A stretch of DNA of 64,000 nt from Candidatus Omnitrophota bacterium (GTDB lineage: Bacteria; Omnitrophota; Gorgyraeia; 1-14-0-20-64-10), in contig JAMWCF010000001.1 of NCBI GenBank assembly GCA_023818695.1, positions 147,306 through 211,305 of the forward strand, in the 5' to 3' direction. The translations under genes and the position numbers were made by a program. Under the pieces are notes generated by a model. That model did no database searches. It was not told the DNA's origin and was given only the letters and a program-made list of their open reading frames with translations. Of the stretch, positions 61,502 to 64,000 are shown piece after piece. The first letter of the stretch is position 1. Every line of letters starts with the position of its first letter.

Positions 61502-62392
61502 TCAGTTCAGAAGACGGCGCAGCGCTGTTTCCAGGTCCGGATGTCGGAAGGAATATCCGGTTTTTATCAGTTTCGCCGGCTCCGCCCGGGTGCTGGCCAG
61601 AAGGGTTTCATCCGCCATTTCACCGAAAAGCAGGCGCACGGCGAAAGCGGGAACAGGCAGGACGGCCGGCCGATGCAGGGTCTTGCCGAGGATTCTCGAA
61701 AACTCGGCGTTGGTAACAGGCGATGGGGAGACGACATTCACCGGTCCGCTGACCTGGCTGTTCAGCAGGGCATGTCGGACGGCACCGGCGGCGTCATCCA
61801 GGGAGATCCAGCTGATGTACTGCCTTCCGTTGCCGAAGGAGCCGCCCAAACCCAGCCGGAAGGGGGGGAGCATCTTCTTGAGCGCGCCGCCTTTGGGGCT
61901 CAAGACGATGCCGAACCGCAGGTTCACAACCCGGATCCCTCTCTTTCGCAGCGGCTCGCAGGCCGCCTCCCACCCGGTGCCCACCTCCGCCAGGAAGCCG
62001 GAGCCGGCGGGTGAATCTTCGTTCAGAACGGTGTCTCCCCGGTTCCCGTAGAATCCGACGGCGGAGGCGCATAAAAAGACCTCCGGCGTGTTTTGAAGGG
62101 AAGCGACCGTTTCCGCCAAAAGACGGGTGTTCCTGATCCGGCTGTCACGGATTCGGGCTTTCTTCGCTTCATTCCAGCGGCCTTCGGCGATCGGATCGCC
62201 CCCCAGATGGATGACGGCGTCGAACCCTTCCAATTTGGCGCCGTCGATGGTTCCCCGGTCAGGATTCCACGACAGCTCGCCCGGTTCCGGGGCCGAACGG
62301 ACCAACCGCGTGATCCGATGGCTCTCCTTCCCCAGCAGGCAGGTGAGGGCCGAACCGATGAGTCCTTTTGATCCGGTCATAATGATGTTCAT
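61502..62392 (-). CDS. TIGR01777/YfcH-like epimerase family protein (SDR39U1)
   Basis: MNIIMTGSKGLIGSAL Rossmann start and a DUF1731-like C-terminus. ATG 62392 lies 6 nt after AAGGA; the track start at 62410 is possible. Confidence 0.8.
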   Translation of the reverse strand: MNIIMTGSKGLIGSALTCLLGKESHRITRLVRSAPEPGELSWNPDRGTIDGAKLEGFDAVIHLGGDPIAEGRWNEAKKARIRDSRIRNTRLLAETVASLQNTPEVFLCASAVGFYGNRGDTVLNEDSPAGSGFLAEVGTGWEAACEPLRKRGIRVVNLRFGIVLSPKGGALKKMLPPFRLGLGGSFGNGRQYISWISLDDAAGAVRHALLNSQVSGPVNVVSPSPVTNAEFSRILGKTLHRPAVLPVPAFAVRLLFGEMADETLLASTRAEPAKLIKTGYSFRHPDLETALRRLLN

Positions 62393-62424
62393 AGCGGATC
62401 CTTGGCTCATTGTATCAGGAGGGG

Positions 62425-62433
62425 TGTTATAAT
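62425..62433 (+). promoter_or_regulatory. extended -10 promoter element TGTTATAAT for the alcohol dehydrogenase-family gene
   Basis: Perfect TGnTATAAT, 52 nt upstream of ATG 62486. GAGGA serves as the Shine-Dalgarno sequence. Confidence 0.45.
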
Positions 62434-62485
62434 GGCAACTCTGCGGGGTACACCTTCATTTCACGATCACCTTAGAGGATAAACG

Positions 62486-63508
62486 ATGAAAGCGGTTTTC
62501 TTTCAGCAGCACGGCGGTTTGGATGTGCTGCGGTACGGCGATATCCCGGCTCCCTCTCCCGGAGAAGGGGAGGTTCTTGTGAAAGTGGAGGCCTGTGGGT
62601 TGAACCATCTTGATTTATGGATGAGGCAGGGGCTTCCCGGGATCAAAATCCCCATGCCGCATATCTCCGGCTCCGAAGTGGTGGGCACCGTTTACGCGGC
62701 GCCGGCCAACGGGTTTCAGAAGGGGCAGCGCGTCCTGGTGGCGCCGGGGATCAGCTGTTCCACCTGTTCCGCCTGCTCCGCCGGCAGAGAATCCCTCTGC
62801 CAGAAATTCAGGATCGTCGGGCTCCAGACCAACGGCGGTTATGCGGAATACATGTCGGTTCCCGCCAGAAACCTGATCCCTCTGGGGGATAAGTTCAAAC
62901 CGGAGGAATGGGCGGCGGTCCCTCTGGTTTTTTTGACCGCGTGGCACATGCTGATCACAAGGGGACAGTTGAAAGCGGGAGAAAGCGTTTTAATCCAGGG
63001 GGGCGGTTCCGGCATCGGATCGGCCGCCCTCCAGATCGCCAAGCTGGCCGGGGCCGGCGTTTTTACGACCGTCGGTTCGGAGAAAAAAGCGCGCAAGGCC
63101 AAGCTGCTCGGTGCCGACTGGGTCATCAATCACACGAAGGCCGATGTCGTGAAAGAGGTGCTGAAGAAAACAGACCAGCAGGGAGTGGATCTGGTCTTCG
63201 AGCATGTGGGGCCTGCGACATGGAACGGGTCGATCCGCTGTCTCAAAAAAGGCGGACGCCTGGTCACCTGCGGTGCCACAACCGGCCCCAAGGTGGAGCT
63301 GGACCTTCGGTTTTTCTTCACCAAGGAACTCACCGTGATGGGGGCTTACATGGGCAGCCGGTACGAACTGGACCGGGTGCTCGCCCTGATCGAAGAGGGG
63401 CGGCTCAAACCGGTGGTGGACACGGTTTTCATGCTCAAGGAGGCCCCGAGAGCCCAGAAGATGATGGAAGAACGGAATTTCTTCGGGAAAATCGTTTTGA
63501 AAATATGA
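62486..63508 (+). CDS. zinc-binding medium-chain dehydrogenase/reductase (alcohol dehydrogenase/quinone oxidoreductase family)
   Basis: [10 protein letters not shown], structural-zinc cysteines [15 protein letters not shown] and the Rossmann motif [12 protein letters not shown]. Confidence 0.85.
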   Translation: MKAVFFQQHGGLDVLRYGDIPAPSPGEGEVLVKVEACGLNHLDLWMRQGLPGIKIPMPHISGSEVVGTVYAAPANGFQKGQRVLVAPGISCSTCSACSAGRESLCQKFRIVGLQTNGGYAEYMSVPARNLIPLGDKFKPEEWAAVPLVFLTAWHMLITRGQLKAGESVLIQGGGSGIGSAALQIAKLAGAGVFTTVGSEKKARKAKLLGADWVINHTKADVVKEVLKKTDQQGVDLVFEHVGPATWNGSIRCLKKGGRLVTCGATTGPKVELDLRFFFTKELTVMGAYMGSRYELDRVLALIEEGRLKPVVDTVFMLKEAPRAQKMMEERNFFGKIVLKI

Positions 63509-63509
63509 G

Positions 63510-64000
63510 ATGGCTGTGATGAGCGTCGTGTTGACCGAACAAACCGTCTTGGAAAAGCTGAAAGAGGTCGAGGACCCTGAGCTGGGGGTGGATGTCATCA
63601 CCTTGAAGATGGTCAAGGAGGTCCGGATTTCCGGCGGCAGCGTCTCCCTGACGCTGGAATTGACCACTCCGGCCTGTCCCGTACGGGAGAAATTTCAGGA
63701 GGAGATCCGCTCGGCAGTGGCCTCCATCCCCGGTGTTTCGAAGGTGGATGTGACCACGACCGCCAGGGTCAGGGCCACAAGGCCATTCGATCAGCAGGGG
63801 ATGCCCGGTGTCAAAAACGTGGTGGCGGTGGCCAGCGGCAAGGGGGGGGTCGGCAAATCAACGGTGAGCGCCAACATCGCCGTGGCGCTGGCCCGCAGTA
63901 GCGCCCGCGTGGGGCTGATGGACGCCGACATCTACGGCCCGAACATTCCACTCATGATGGGGCTGACCGGCCTTCCTCCGCTGAAAGACCAGCGGATCGT
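63510..64000 (+). CDS. mrp: Mrp/ApbC/NBP35 Fe-S cluster carrier ATPase, 3' end outside window
   Basis: I translated this by hand, because the track lists no ORF without a stop. N-terminal DUF59 ([19 protein letters not shown]...TTPACP), then the deviant Walker [13 protein letters not shown]. The frame is open to the window edge. Confidence 0.9.
   Translation, partial: MAVMSVVLTEQTVLEKLKEVEDPELGVDVITLKMVKEVRISGGSVSLTLELTTPACPVREKFQEEIRSAVASIPGVSKVDVTTTARVRATRPFDQQGMPGVKNVVAVASGKGGVGKSTVSANIAVALARSSARVGLMDADIYGPNIPLMMGLTGLPPLKDQRI

Noticed and set aside
1-64000. A search for mobile elements, prophage genes, defence systems, toxin-antitoxin pairs, tRNA/rRNA genes and riboswitches.
   Set aside because: I recognised no integrase, transposase, recombinase, terminal inverted repeats, restriction or cas-like genes. 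The spacers are too short for structured RNA genes, apart from 59047-59278 and 10077-10249, which are discussed above. The Mn-riboswitch that often precedes TerC genes would lie outside the window.

Overview
The window is a GC-rich (about 60% by eye), very gene-dense bacterial chromosomal segment with about 70 protein genes. I saw no rRNA, tRNA, CRISPR array, transposase or integrase. The longest non-coding spacer is about 230 nt. Many gene junctions are ATGA, GTGA or TGATG stop/start overlaps, which suggests long translationally coupled operons. The ORF track uses GTG/TTG starts and often over-extends 5' ends, so I re-set several starts. Content, left to right: (1) TerC (partial). (2) A 12-gene minus-strand SUF Fe-S assembly operon: Rrf2 regulator, sufC, sufB, sufD, Rieske protein, sufA, sufS, sufU-DUF59 fusion, then cysM, a CysO::MoeZ::rhodanese fusion, pterin carbinolamine dehydratase and a small GNAT. 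(3) def, ACT protein, cstA. (4) A coupled chain of cca, plsC, split CbiX-like gene, MFS transporter, flavin reductase and M24 peptidase. (5) leuCD, folA, thyA on the minus strand. (6) Complex I split into two convergent units: nuoA,B,C,D,EF(fused),G,H,I on plus, and nuoJ,K,L,M,N plus a SAM methyltransferase on minus, meeting at a bidirectional terminator. (7) Split transketolase, MBL hydrolase, folB, queD, QueC-like gene. (8) sdhCDAB followed by a 6-blade beta-propeller repeat protein, a [2Fe-2S]-ferredoxin::HAD phosphatase fusion and an Nramp-like transporter. (9) A divergent sigma-like orphan. (10) SirB1-like protein, mqnD, DUF2203, SDR, mutT, suhB, TPR protein, trxB, SDR, DJ-1, glpK, glpD. 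(11) A secreted 12-unit TPR protein, nth, a YfcH-like epimerase, a Zn-ADH and mrp (partial). This is mostly core metabolism. The most system-like novelty is the SUF operon carrying a protein-thiocarboxylate cysteine pathway, with the CysO carrier fused in frame to its E1/rhodanese activator and no JAMM protease nearby. Other items worth checking are the inverted nuoJ-N block with its co-transcribed methyltransferase, a roughly 55-aa insertion in NuoD, and the fusion and repeat proteins downstream of sdh. The lineage cannot be assigned from the sequence alone. All homology calls come from motif recognition by eye, not from database searches.
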